A stretch of 64,000 nt of DNA from Octopus sinensis (taxonomy: Eukaryota), in NCBI RefSeq assembly GCF_006345805.1, contig NC_043016.1, positions 32,178,001 to 32,242,000 of the forward strand, written 5' to 3'. Under the pieces are notes generated by a model, which was not told where the DNA came from, ran no database searches, and worked only from the letters and a program-made list of their open reading frames with translations. A program made the translations under genes and the position numbers. Positions 50,757 to 62,789 of the stretch are shown here, one piece after another; the first letter of the stretch is position 1, and every line of letters starts with the position of its first letter.

Positions 50757-51050
50757 AGATTCCTTGTCAATAAAGAAAGAGCCGTTTACATTTGACAGAT
50801 ATTGGTCCTCATCTTGTTTGTTGTTAACACAACCTTTTGGTTGTTATACCCTACAGCCTTCATCAGGTGTCTTGGGGAAGTTTCAAACCTAGGTTTTCAT
50901 TCCTAAAGTATTTGTTTTTATTATTGTTGTTGTTGTTGTTGTATGTGACACTTTGGGCACGTGTCTTCTACTATAGCCTCAGGCCAACCAAAGCCTTGTG
51001 AGTGGATTTGGTAGACAGAAACTGAAAGAAGCCCATTGTATGTGTGTGTT
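50757..51050. repeat. Local duplication unit, copy 2
   Basis: See 47478-47765. Confidence 0.85.
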
Positions 51051-51179
51051 TGTGTGTGCACACGTGTGTGTGTGTGTGCATGTGTATGTGTGTGTCTGTG
51101 TTTGTTCCCCCTCCATCACCTGACAACTAATGTTCGGCGAAAGAGACCATACTACTATTCTATATCTATACATACTATA

Positions 51180-51590
51180 GGTGCAGGAGTGGCTGTGTGG
51201 TAAGTAACTTGCTTACCAACCACATGGTTCTGTGTTCAGTTCCAGTGCATGGCACCTTGGGCAAGTGTCTTCTACTATAGCCTTGGGCCGACCAAAGCCT
51301 TGTGAGTTGATTTGGCAGATGGAAACTGAATGATGCCCGTTGTATATATGTATGTGTATATATATATATGTGTGTGTGTTTGTGTGTGTGTGTTTGTCCC
51401 CCCAACATCACTTGACAACTGATGCTGGTGTGTTTACGTCTCCATAACTAAGCAGTTCGGCAAAAGAGACCAATAGAATAAGTACCAGGCTTACAAAGAA
51501 TAACTCCTGGAGGTGATTTGCTCGACTAAAAGGCGGTGCTCCAGCATGGCTGCAGTCAAATGACTGAAACAAGTAAAAGAGTATACATAC
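51180..51590 (+). mobile_element. SINE family 1, full length
   Basis: ggtgcaggagtggctgtgtggtaag head through gactgaaacaagtaaaagag tail. Confidence 0.9.
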
Positions 51591-52369
51591 ATATATATAT
51601 ATATATATATTATACAATGGACTTCTTTCACTTTCTGTCTACCAAATCCACTCACAAGACTTTAGTTAGCCTGAAGCCATGGAAGACACTTGCCCAAGGT
51701 GCCATTCAGTGGGACTGAACCTGGAAATATGTGGTTGAGTAGCAAGTTTCTTACCGCACAGCCATGCCTGCGCCTATTATTGATCTAAAATTGCAGCACG
51801 TGTTGTGTGTGTTTGTGAGTGTGTGTTTGTTTGTTTGTGTATGTATGTATATGCATATGTACACACACACACACACACACATGTACTACCCCACATGCTC
51901 TCCCCTCCACACGACCACGTGCACATATTGGCACTTAGATCTTGTAAACGGTAAACTTCCAGGATCCAGGTCTTAGTTCCTGATTTAGCTACATTTTACC
52001 AAGTCTATTATAAAAAGTAAGCAGCAACCATCTTCTTTTCTTTTCTCCTTCATTTCAAAAAACAAAAAAAAACAAAAGAAAGAACCTCAGAATTCAAACC
52101 TATGCAAGAAACCCTTAATTATATTCCTCCAGTTGGAACCATTTCCTTCCATTTACATTGTTTATTGCCCTTTTGAAAAGCATGAACACCATAAACTCTC
52201 ATTCCTTTCATTATAAACTTCAAACAATTCACTTGTAACAATATCACTTTAAACTGTAAGTGTGTCACTTTTTTTTCTCTCTTCCGCTTCTCTCTCTCTC
52301 TCTCATCCATAATACATCTATTTTTCTTTCCTCTTGTTATTTATTCTTTATCTTCCTTCAGTTTCTTCT

Positions 52370-52524
52370 TCTTATTTTTCTTCTTCTTCTTCTTCTTTTC
52401 TTCTTCTTCTTCTTCTTCTTCTTCTTCTTCTTCTTCTTCTTCTTCTGCTTCTTCTTCTTCTTTCTTCTTCTTCTTCTTCTTCTTCTTTCTTCTTTCTTCT
52501 TCTTCTTCTTCTTCTTTTTTATTA

Positions 52525-52562
<38 letters not shown>
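52370..52562. repeat. (CTT)n plus (ATT)n microsatellite
   Basis: Directly visible. Confidence 0.95.
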
Positions 52563-52563
<1 letters not shown>

Positions 52564-54294
52564 TTCCATACACTCAAACTAATTTCCAAACATGTCGAGT
52601 CTGTGACCTAAATCTTCGGTTTCTAGTGTGGCCATTTCAACTCACATCATTAATGTCTTCAAGAAAAGAACATTGAATATTGTGTAATATTGGTTCCTCA
52701 CTCTTTTATTAAACTGAGACCTTGCGTGTATTCTATGTAAGAATTATTCTTTACCAATTTTCCACCTTTGTTCTTTAGTATCTTCAATAATATTTTATTT
52801 TGTGTTCTTCCATTCTCTTTGTTTTTATTACCTTTTTTTTGATCATCCATATTCTTTGTCTTTCTTCATTCTTCTTCATTTTCCATTCCTTGGTTTTCAT
52901 TCTTCCATTTTAATTTTCTTCTTTCTGATCTATATCTTCTTTATTATACTTCAATCTTTCTTAATACTCATTCTTCTTCATTCTTTTTTACTTTATTCTT
53001 TTTTCTATATTTTTGTGTTTCTTATTTACCAATTGCCATTCTTCATTCTTCTTCATTTCTTACGTTTTTTTTCTTTATCATTCAGTCTGTCTTCAATCTT
53101 TCTCTTTCATTGTTATTCTTCAGACATCAATCATCCTTTCTCCATCTTCCTTCATTCATCAAATTTCTTAATTAATTTTTCATTTCTTATTCCCCCGTTT
53201 CGTTTTTATATTCATTTATTTATTTATTTTTTTATCTTCTTGAAAATTGGAAAGGAAACAGTTTTTAATTGCTTTTCCTTCATCCTGATAATCATTACTC
53301 TCACCAGAACTTGAATAATTGACCTTCTAGAATTCCTTCCATTACTTTTCTTCAGATATTTCATTGAACTAAACTATTGAGAAACTGACTGAAGAAATAT
53401 TTCTATGAAGACGAAGTATTAATGGAATGGCTAAGTGAAGATGATATTGAACTAGCTGTGTTTATGACTTTCGGCAATGCACTAAATTCTATGTCTTTTA
53501 ATTCAGCTGGTTGCAGGAGAAGTTTGGTTGTATGATAAGTTTGAAATACTAACCTTTTACCATTTACTTGCTTCCATCATTGGACTGCAGCCGTGTTGGG
53601 GTACTACCTCGAAATGTTTAGTCAAATGAAATGATCTTAGTAACTTAACTTTAGCTTTTTTCTATCAATCTCTTTTGTTGAACTGCTAATTTACAGAGAC
53701 ATGAACCAGCATAGATTGTCAAGTAGTAATGACAGGGAAAAACACAAAGAAACACACACACATGCACACACACACACACACACATGCACACACACACACA
53801 CACACACACATACATGACAGATAACGTTTTAGGTGCAGGTGTGGATGTGTGATAAGATGTCTGTTTCCGAAACACATAGTCCTGGGTTCAGTCCCACTGT
53901 GTGGCATCTTGGATATGTGTCTTCTGCTACAGCCCCAAGCTGACCAAAGCCTCATGAATGGGTTTGGCAAGCAGAAACTTAAAGAAGCCAATTGTATGTA
54001 TGTATGTGTGTGTGTGCATGCATGTGTATGTGTGTGTGTGTGTTCATGCTTGAGAGTGTATGTGTGTGTGTATGTGTGTGTGCTCATGTGTGTTTGTGTC
54101 TGTTTGTCTTGACATCATGTGATGATAGCTGTAAATGAATATCACTGTCATATTGGTAGCATCATTTGTTACTATCATTCTTCCAAAAATATGTCATGGC
54201 ATGGGAGAATATTTCCTTGCCTGGAAAACATTTGGAGAGGGGACAAATACAGTCACAAAAAAAAAAGAAACACAAACACACACTACACACACAT

Positions 54295-54655
54295 ACGATG
54301 GGCTTCTTTCAGACTCCATCTACCAAATCCACTTACTAGGCTTTGGTTGGCCTGTGGCAGTAGTAGAAGACACTTGCCCAAGGACTGAACCTGAAACCAT
54401 GTAGTTGGAAAGCAAGCTTCTTAATTCTTTATTGCCCACAAGGGGCTAAACATAGAGGAGACAAACAAGGACAGACAAAGGGATTAAGTTGATTACATTG
54501 ACCCCAGTGCAGAACTGGTACTTAATTTATCGACCCCAAAAGGATGAAAGGCTAAGTCGACCTCGGCAGAGTTTGAACAAAATATCACTAAGCATTTCGT
54601 CCGGCAAGCTAATGTTTCTGCCAGCTTCTTACCACACAGCTACACCTGCATCTAA
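54295..54655 (-). mobile_element. SINE family 1 head interrupted by a nested SINE family 2 with a 9-bp TSD
   Basis: agcttctta at 54415-54423 and 54623-54631 flanks the family 2 copy; the family 1 sequence resumes afterwards. Confidence 0.8.
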
Positions 54656-56053
54656 TTCACTCTCTTTCACACTAAAATCTAAGTTGGAGGACCTGTAATA
54701 AACCAGTGAACAATGGGTTCCAAGCAAATTCCAAAGTGTTGTAGAGACAAAATTTCTTTCTGGTAATTAATTTCGTTTGTTGCTAGACTATTAGCCTGTC
54801 TTTCTTTTGAGTTCCTTTTGTATTATCTTTTTGTGTCATGAAGTTAGATCTACAAAAATAAATAAATAAATAAATAAAAATAAAAGGCGATTTTTTTCAG
54901 TCAATGTATCCACATTTAATATGTCACCTGAATAATGCATTCAAGTTCTCAAACAATCAAATCTATGAACTAGCTATAAATTAAAAAGATATAATAGAAA
55001 AAAATTTCCAATTGTCTTCTTGTTTCAATTAATGAACACTTATTAAACAATAATAATTCACATAAATACAGTATTCAAATTTGTAAATAATTCACTAATG
55101 CAAAAAAAAAAAAAAATCAATACTAAAACATCAATATTCTTTGTTAAACTTTAATCAGATTTTGTGGTGGCAAATTGGTAAAATCTATAGTAATAAACAG
55201 GAAATTCTGTCTGCCTGGGTGCCTGCATCTCAGTTCTACATAGACATATTATATCCTTTTGGAATCAAGATGATCTCAGGATTGAAAATCTGGCCTTTAT
55301 TTGGTTCTGAACATCCAGCATTGGGATTAGGTTTGGATGAGGATTTGTTGTATGCTAACAGTTGCAAATTCAAATTTTAAAAGAACTGAATTTATAGTAA
55401 TACCATATTGGTTGGGTACCAATAAATGCTTTATTATTATTGTTGCTCTCTTTATTTTTGGGCCACATGCCCAATTAGCCCTCCACAGGAGCTAGCTTGA
55501 AAGTCCACACAAAGTGTGGCTTTTAAGTTCATACTGAAAATTCTTGTCCTCTACCAAACACATCATATACTGTAGGGTTGGCCATAGAGCTACCATATGT
55601 TAGCACTATGAAGATACCATATGCATGTTAGTTCCATTATGAGCCGTAAGACTGATAAGATTGGCATTTAACCCAGTTTCCGTTATGCACAAGTGACTGA
55701 GATTACAATGTTCTCCCCTAGATGGGACACTTGCCAGTCGCTGGGTTAACTTCCCTGTAACTGCTGGTACCTATATACAACTGAGTCAGCTGGGGCAATG
55801 TGAAATGAAGTTAAATCTGCTCAATAACATCCAGTCCAGGAATTGAAACTATGATCTTAAAATACTGAGTGCAACACCCTAACTCTTAGGGAACCACACC
55901 TTCATATGGATACCATTTATTAACATCAAAATTGTGGGACCATACTTTTAAGCATGAAATCATCATTATCAAGAGTAATATGCTGTTGAGATAAGGAAAA
56001 CCATAATTATATTGTATTACTTTGAGGGTCATTTTGCCAATGAACACACACAC

Positions 56054-56265
56054 TAGTTGTAGTTCTTCACTTCAGTTTTATTGTTAATTAATCAATTAAT
56101 TCATTTTTGATAAATTTATAATAAATTTTACATCACACTTCTGTAGTATTCATAATGACAATGACTTATTTCCTTTCATAGCAATGTGACAAAAAAATTT
56201 ACGACAAACTCTTCAAGAACTAATCAATTGACTTGTTAACTATAAAACTGAAGTGAACTATAACC
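56054..56265. mobile_element. MITE/foldback element with ~45-bp imperfect TIRs
   Basis: tagttgtagttcttcacttcagttttattgttaattaatcaatt ... aatcaattgacttgttaactataaaactgaagtgaactataacc. Confidence 0.75.
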
Positions 56266-56783
56266 AATGCATGTGTTAACTGGCCAAATGACCCTCCCAC
56301 AGTACAGCAATATCATTTTCAAATAAAAATTCTTGCAAAATTAAATTTAAAAAAAAGCATTTTCTCTCTTTAGTTTTTGTATATTAATTCAGATATTGTT
56401 GAAATCATATTTTCATTTCATGTTATAATTCATAGTATCAGTACCAGTAATATACTGGTTTGAAATCACTAGATTTTTTTTGCTATTTTCCACTTTTTTT
56501 TTTTTTTATCAGAGTTCAAATCCCATTGCAGTCAACTTTGCCTTTCATCCTTTCGGGGTTGATAAAATAAAGCGCCAGTGTGGAATGGTGGATTAGAAGA
56601 ATTGTCAGAAAATGAAATGTCTCATAGTATTTGATTTGGGTTTCTGCTCTCTCAAGTTCAAATCCAATTATGATCAAATTTGCCTTTTGTCCTTTCAGGG
56701 GGGGGGGGGGTCAATAAAATAAAGTACCTGTGGAGATTGGAGAATTGGCAGAAAAATTAATAGAACATCAGATGAGATTGGAC

Positions 56784-56838
<55 letters not shown>

Positions 56839-57382
56839 AAAGAGAAAGACAAACAGAGACAGATCAGAGGTTCTTCCTAGGGTATAGGCTCATAAGGCTA
56901 GTTTCCTGGATTCTGTGGTGTATATATTCCCCTGGATGGAATGCTAGTCCATCACGAGATAACTCACTTTTGTCAGCTAAGTGAACTGGAGTGACATAAA
57001 ATGAAGTGTTTTGTTGAAGAACATAATGCTTCACCCAATCCAGGGATCAAAACCACAATCTTATGATCCTGAGTGCAACTGCCTCTGCTCATCAGATGAA
57101 ATTCCTTGTGGTATTTGGTCTGACTCCTTGTATTCTGAGTCGTTGGGTGATTATATTTTATCAATCACCCACTTTAACTTCAACACTTGGTTCTTGGGTA
57201 TTTTTACTGTAGCTAAGTAACACTGACATTAACCTTTGTACAGAGTGACTGCTTTGAGAATAAGTTCGTTTTTACTTCTAACTAGCCCTGAAAGACCCTG
57301 AAAAATATCAGGTCAGGAGTGCTCTCTCTGTCCCCTATTCCTTGAGTAAACAGCAAAACATAAATAAAGGAATAAATAAATA

Positions 57383-57800
57383 GGCATAGGAGTGGCTGTC
57401 TGGTAAGTAGCTTGCTTATGAACCACATGGTTCCGGGTTCAGTCCCACCGCGTGGCATCTTGGGCGAGTGTCTTCTACTATAGCCTCAGGCCGACCAATG
57501 CCTTGTGAGTGGATTTGGTAGACGGAAACTGAAAGAAGCCCATCGTATATATGTATATATATATATATATGTGTATGTGTGTGTATATGTTTGTGTGTCT
57601 GTGTTTGTCCCCTCACCATCGCTTGGCAACCGATGCTGGTGTGTTTACGTCCTCGTTACTTTGCGGTTTGGCAAAAGAGACCAATAGAATAAGTACTAGG
57701 CTTACAATGAATAAGTCCTGAGGTCAATTTGCTCGACTAAAGGCGGTGCTCCAGCATGGCCACAGTCACATGACTGAAACAAGTAAAAGAGTAAAGAGAG
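57383..57800 (+). mobile_element. SINE family 1, full length and well preserved
   Basis: A-box-like TGGCTGTCTGG, B-box-like GGTTCAGTCCC, central (TA)/(GT), and an aagtaaaagagtaaagag tail. Confidence 0.92.
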
Positions 57801-58319
57801 ATAAATAAATATTTTAACTTAAGAAAGAAAATTCTGTTGAATACTATTATTAGGAAGTCACTCAAGATTATTCCCAAAATTCTTTTATTCTCATTTTTGT
57901 TTCAGCTATTTCACAGTGACTATGCTGGGCATTACCTCCTTTAGGGATTTTAGTCGAACAAATTGGCCCCAGGACTTATTTTTTAGGCTTGGTACTTATT
58001 CTATCAGTGTCTTTGGCTGAACCACTAAGTTACAGGGACATAAACATACGAGCACCAGTTGTTACACCCCAACAATATTACTTAAATATTGAATATCAAG
58101 ACTTAGTGTAGGGGGTGTTTGTACCTAATATTCCTGTTGTGTGTGAGGACAACACAACGCAGCTAAGTGAAGATATACAGTCTTGGTAATTCAGACATGT
58201 ACTTTTTATAAATGTACTTTCTATAGTATTTCTGAAGAGCAGATTCCAAGTTACGTGAACAGAATATAAAAAGGTAACAAAGGTGTACAGGTGTCAATTC
58301 ATGAATTGTTACTTATATA

Positions 58320-58371
<52 letters not shown>

Positions 58372-58762
58372 ATGGGCTTCTTTCAGTTTCCATCTACCAA
58401 ATCCACTCACAAGGATTGGTCCATTCAAGGCTATAGTAGAAGACACTTGCCCAGGGTTCCATGCAGTGGGAATGAACCTGGAACCATGTGGTTCGTAAGC
58501 AAGCTTCTTACCACACAGCCATGCCTGCACCCATATGAAGAAATTTTAACTGACTTTCCTCAGAAGTTCATGTTTTATTTGCTTACTTGCTTGTTTTTTT
58601 CTTTCTTACATTTCCTTTTCTTTATCTTTTTCACTGTCAGATGGACCTTTATTGCAAAATTTCTTAAACCCTTTGACCTCTCTTACTTAATTTTCTATGA
58701 ATTCACTTCCTCAAAAAGTTCAACAGAAACAAAGTAATAGTTCATACATCAAAATAGGCACA

Positions 58763-58913
58763 TTTTATGGAACATTGGCTTTCAAAGTACATCGAAGCCA
58801 GTGGGATAGACAGACTTTGATTATACTACCAAAAAAGGATTTTCAACACAATATCTATATGCTATTATTAATAGCTTTATGTAATGTGCTTTGAGAGCCA
58901 ATGTTCCAAAAAA
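58763..58913. mobile_element. ~150-bp MITE/foldback element with ~30-bp TIRs
   Basis: ttttatggaacattggctttcaaagtacat ... atgtgctttgagagccaatgttccaaaaaa. Confidence 0.75.
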
Positions 58914-59104
58914 GAATAATTTTATGGCCTCTGGAAAGTTTATAAAATTGAGAGATAATATTTATCCCCACTTAAACCTGGATGTTCTGTTAGAACAAGT
59001 TATACTGTGATAGATACCATGAGAGAAACTCTTTTAGTGTCTTTTTGGTGCAAAATGCATTCTTGCATATATCATTAGCAGGAATATAAATCCCCACAAC
59101 CTCC

Positions 59105-59166
59105 AGTGCCAAGACTACCAGATCACACATTTTTGACCTTCCCTGGTCTTGTCAATGATGGATGCG
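59105..59166 (-). ncRNA. Decayed type I hammerhead (unit 1)
   Basis: CCATCA-TTGACAA-GACC(agggaa)GGTC-AAAA-atgtgtgATC-TGGTAG; catalytic core positions are mutated by transitions. Confidence 0.65.
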
Positions 59167-59428
59167 TGACTGCTAGAGACAACAGTAATTTATCTCTATG
59201 CCAGCACATGCACTGCTATTTGGATTAGCCATTGAGCTTGTTGAAAAATATATATATCAACAACAGAGGCAATATTAATAACAATAATATCTTCGCTTAA
59301 ATGTGAATGCTCTGTAGGAACAAACTATACTGCAGAAGTAACCACAAGAGAAACTCCCATGTTAGCATTTGGTGCAAAATGCATTCTTGTTTATATCCCT
59401 ATTGGAGAGATAAATCCCTGCTGTCTCC

Positions 59429-59490
59429 AGTGCGGAGACCACCAGATCATGTGATTTCAACCTTCTTTGGTCTCATCAGTGATGGGCACT
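59429..59490 (-). ncRNA. Full type I hammerhead ribozyme, near-intact (unit 2)
   Basis: AGTGC-CCATCA-CTGATGA-GACC(AAAGAA)GGTT-GAAA-TC(ACAT)GA-TC-TGGTGG-(TCTCC)-GCACT. All three stems close, the triplet is AUC, and stem I has a 5-nt bulge. Confidence 0.85.
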
Positions 59491-60549
59491 CGACTGCTAG
59501 AAATAGTGGCAACTCATCTCCCCCACCAGCGATATATAGTAACTTTTGATGTCAACAATTGCAATGTTTGTATTTATAAAATAAACTCATTTTATCAGTG
59601 TGTGTACATGTTTGTGTGTGCATGAGTGTATGCATAAGTGTGTTTGTGTGTGTGTGTACTTGTAGTTTATGAAATTCACAACAAAAGTTTGCAATAGTTT
59701 AGTCAATGGCTTAAATATTGAGAATAGAGCATAACATTATGATGGACGTCTGCAGATGTATCTTATACGAATTAGGACCAGTAATGCCCAGTTAATGATA
59801 GATTCAATATTTATTCAAAGCGAAATTGCACTGGGATTTATAAGAATAACAATTTCACTGACTGAGGAATTATTAGCATTTTTATCGGTCGAACCTATTC
59901 ATAGCATGCATTTGAAACTGATATATCACTGCATTTAATCTCAGATGTATTTATGGTGCATTTAATTTTTTCCTATGTACAAGAGATATCAGTTTCCTGG
60001 TCGTGTTGATTCTTTCATGATTCTGGTGTGCTTATCTATCAATTTCAATGGGAATTTGTCATTGAATTTTGAGTAGTAGATGTTCCTTCCCATCAACTAG
60101 TGCTTCTTTATGGCTTCTTCTCTGAACACATCAATGGCTATTCCCTTGGGGTGGGGTTGGTTCTGGTAAATAGTTAAATTGAGGAGGAAGCTATTATAAC
60201 TTCAAAGTTTTTTTTTTTTCCTTTCATTCTTGCCTCATATCACATAGTTCATTGATTAGGAACCGTTTCGGATGAATGACTTAGCCATGACAGTCAACCA
60301 ATTGAGTCATTAAACCGTTCCATCTCACTCTACGAGTAATTATTTTTTCTTTTCCTTACTTATGTGCATGCACATCAACTGTGCCACCTACATATTAAAT
60401 TAAGCTCTAAGTGGCTGAGTACTTCTCAGATACATGTAACCTTAATGTAATTCTCAAACAGAATCAGTGTGGTAGTATGTGACACAATTGAACCAGGGCT
60501 TGATTAAAACCCCTAGAGGCACTAAGCACCTAAAAGATTTTGATGCCCC

Positions 60550-60550
<1 letters not shown>

Positions 60551-60586
<36 letters not shown>

Positions 60587-60960
60587 CCACCATCACCATC
60601 ATTTAACATCCGTTTTCCATACTGGCATGGATTGGATGGTTTGACAGGAGCTGACCGGCTGAAGGGCTGTTCAGGCTCCATGTCTATTTCGACATGGCTT
60701 TTACAGCTGAATGCTCTTCCTAACACCAGCTACTTTACAGAGTGTATTGGGTGCTTTCTACATGACACCAGCACCTGCAAAATTACATGGCACCAGTACC
60801 AGCCTGCAAGATTAGAGATGCTCAGTTGGAGAGGGTTGCAAGGGATGAGCCTTCATGCAATGGCACCCATGCTTTTACTTAGCTTGATCTGTCTTTTCAA
60901 GTACAGCAAACCACCAGGAGTCTCAGTCCCCTGTCATCCCTTTTTTGAGTCCCAATATTT
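60551..60960 (-). mobile_element. Diverged RTE-LINE 3' end
   Basis: (CAT)n-tttaacatccgttttccatactggcatggg...ttacagctgaatgctcttcctaacaccagc. Confidence 0.8.
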
Positions 60961-61282
60961 ATAAATCCTTTCTCACTGCCACAATTTTTTATTTTCCCTT
61001 CACCCTACGTACTCATCTACCCAACATCATTGTTCTTCTGTCACTGGTCACTCTAGTGTTCCCCTTGTCACTCAACGATTTGGGCAAATGAACACATCAT
61101 AGAGTAATGAAAACTCTTTGGTATTACAGTGTACAAAGCTATTTCACTAGTGCTGGTGCCACATTAAAATACACCCTCTGCAACCAGCAAAGTAGTTAGT
61201 AGATGAGTGAAGACAACATAGAGTCAAAAGACTCATTTAAACTTCTCAACTTCTTTAACCTTTTTATATTTGGTTAACTCAA

Positions 61283-61450
61283 GCTGGTGAGCTGGCAGAA
61301 TTATTAGCATGCCAGGCAAAATGCTTGGCGGCATTTCATCTGTCTTTACATTCTGAGTTCAAGTTCTGCTGAGGTTGACTTTGTCTTTCACACTTTTGAG
61401 GACGATAAGATATGTACCAAAATTGCTGGCTTTGTGCCAAAATTTGAAAT
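61283..61450 (+). mobile_element. SINE family 2, internally shortened
   Basis: TGGCAGAATT A-box-like and GAGTTCAAGTTC B-box-like motifs, and an aaattgctggctttgtgccaaaatttgaaatc end. Confidence 0.78.
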
Positions 61451-61489
61451 CAACAATTACCATTACCCACGCCACCCCTATGTTTCTCA

Positions 61490-62470
61490 GATTACTCTGT
61501 CTATTGTAATGCTTATATGTTCACATTATTTTGAATTAATCATGCATTATCTAATAGCTTTGAGATTTCAATGATGTGATTGTTCATTTTCAGAATGATA
61601 TTGTCAGATAGGTGTGAGAGGTTGGATCTAGCCAGTTTGAACACAAAACATTGAAAATTTGGACTGGATATGGCCAATTTAAATGCTAAGAAGGCAATGT
61701 TTGTATTTGTATTGTTGTTGTTCCAGTGTCTTAGAGCAAACCTGTTTTTCTCTAATATTGTTTAGTGATTGTATTATTGAAGGGGACTCAGTGCTTTGCT
61801 GCTGTTATTAACCCTTGGACATTCAGATTACTCAGTCAAATGTAATGCTAATATATTTATTTACATTGTTTTGAATTAATCTCTTTTACTCTTTTACTTG
61901 TTTCAGTCATTTGACTGTGGCCATGCTGGAGCACCGCCTTTAGTCAAACAATTCAACCCCAGGACTTATTCTTTGTAAGCCTAGTACTTATTCTATCGGT
62001 CTCTTTTGCTGAACTGCTAAGTTACGGGGACGTAAACACGTCAGCATTGGTTGTCAAGCAATGTTGGGGGGACAAACACAGACACACAAATACATATACA
62101 CACATACACACACATATATATATATATACATATATACGATGGGCTTCTTTCAGTTTCCATCTACCAAATCCACTCACAAGGCTTTGGTTGGCCTGAGGCT
62201 ATAGCAGAAGACACTTGCCCAAGGTGCCACGCAGTGGGACTGAACCCAGAACCATGTGGTTGGTAAGCAAGCTACTTACCACACAGCCACTCCTGTGCCT
62301 ATATAATCGTGTTTTATCTCATAGATTTGAGATTTTAAAGATGAGATTGCTTATTTTTGGAATGACATTGTTGGATAGGTGTAAGAGACTAGATCTGGCT
62401 GCTTTTTTTTTTTTACTTAAAACAAGTAGAATTTTTGATGTGGATATGGTTAGTTTAAATGCTAAACTGT
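61490..62470. mobile_element. Fragments of a TTAA-flanked MITE family (61490-61700; 61808-61880 plus 62295-62470, split by a SINE1 at 61883-62295)
   Basis: Shared cagattactc(t/a)gtc...tgtaatgct...cacatt(a/g)ttttgaattaatc and ggatatgg...tttaaatgctaa ends; ttaaccctt terminus at 61808. Confidence 0.65.
61883..62295 (-). mobile_element. SINE family 1, full length
   Basis: Reverse complement of the 57383-57800 element. Confidence 0.9.
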
Positions 62471-62730
62471 TAAATACTCGTATCATGAAAAGGTGCACCG
62501 AGTTTATTTCGTAAAGTGATTGGTGTCAGAAAGGACATCCAATCAAAGAAACCATTCGAAAATAAAAATGGATGAGTGAAGCATGGTTCTTTGGCTGCAT
62601 CTAGGAAGATAGTAACTTTGAGTAAGAACTGACTTCAACAAGGGGTGACAACCTGTCCACCACATGCCAGCATGGAAAGTAGACATATGATGATGCTGGT
62701 GTTTGTTATAGTGGTGGTATGTATATATGT

Positions 62731-62789
<59 letters not shown>

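Larger units (their letters stand above)
58955..59570 (-). mobile_element. Tandem pair of diverged ~324-bp hammerhead-bearing units (non-LTR retrozyme-like)
   Basis: Anchors offset by 324-325 bp (58981/59306, 59047/59371, 59117/59441); each unit contains a hammerhead motif at the same position. Confidence 0.7.

Noticed and set aside
52133-52255. Plus-strand 123-nt segment with good acceptor and GTAAGT donor
   Set aside because: It has stop codons in all three frames, which shows such splice signals arise by chance here and is why the exon candidates are scored low.
55225-55360. Possible terminal exon on the minus strand (AYNKSSSKPNPNAGCSEPNKGQIFNPEIILIPKGYNMSM*)
   Set aside because: Only a weak acceptor and a short open frame, with no recognisable homology; insufficient support.
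59785-59835. Possible additional hammerhead (cccag-ttaatga...gcgaaattgca-ctggg)
   Set aside because: Stem I pairs, but the core has two mutations, stem II does not pair and the UH cleavage site is absent.
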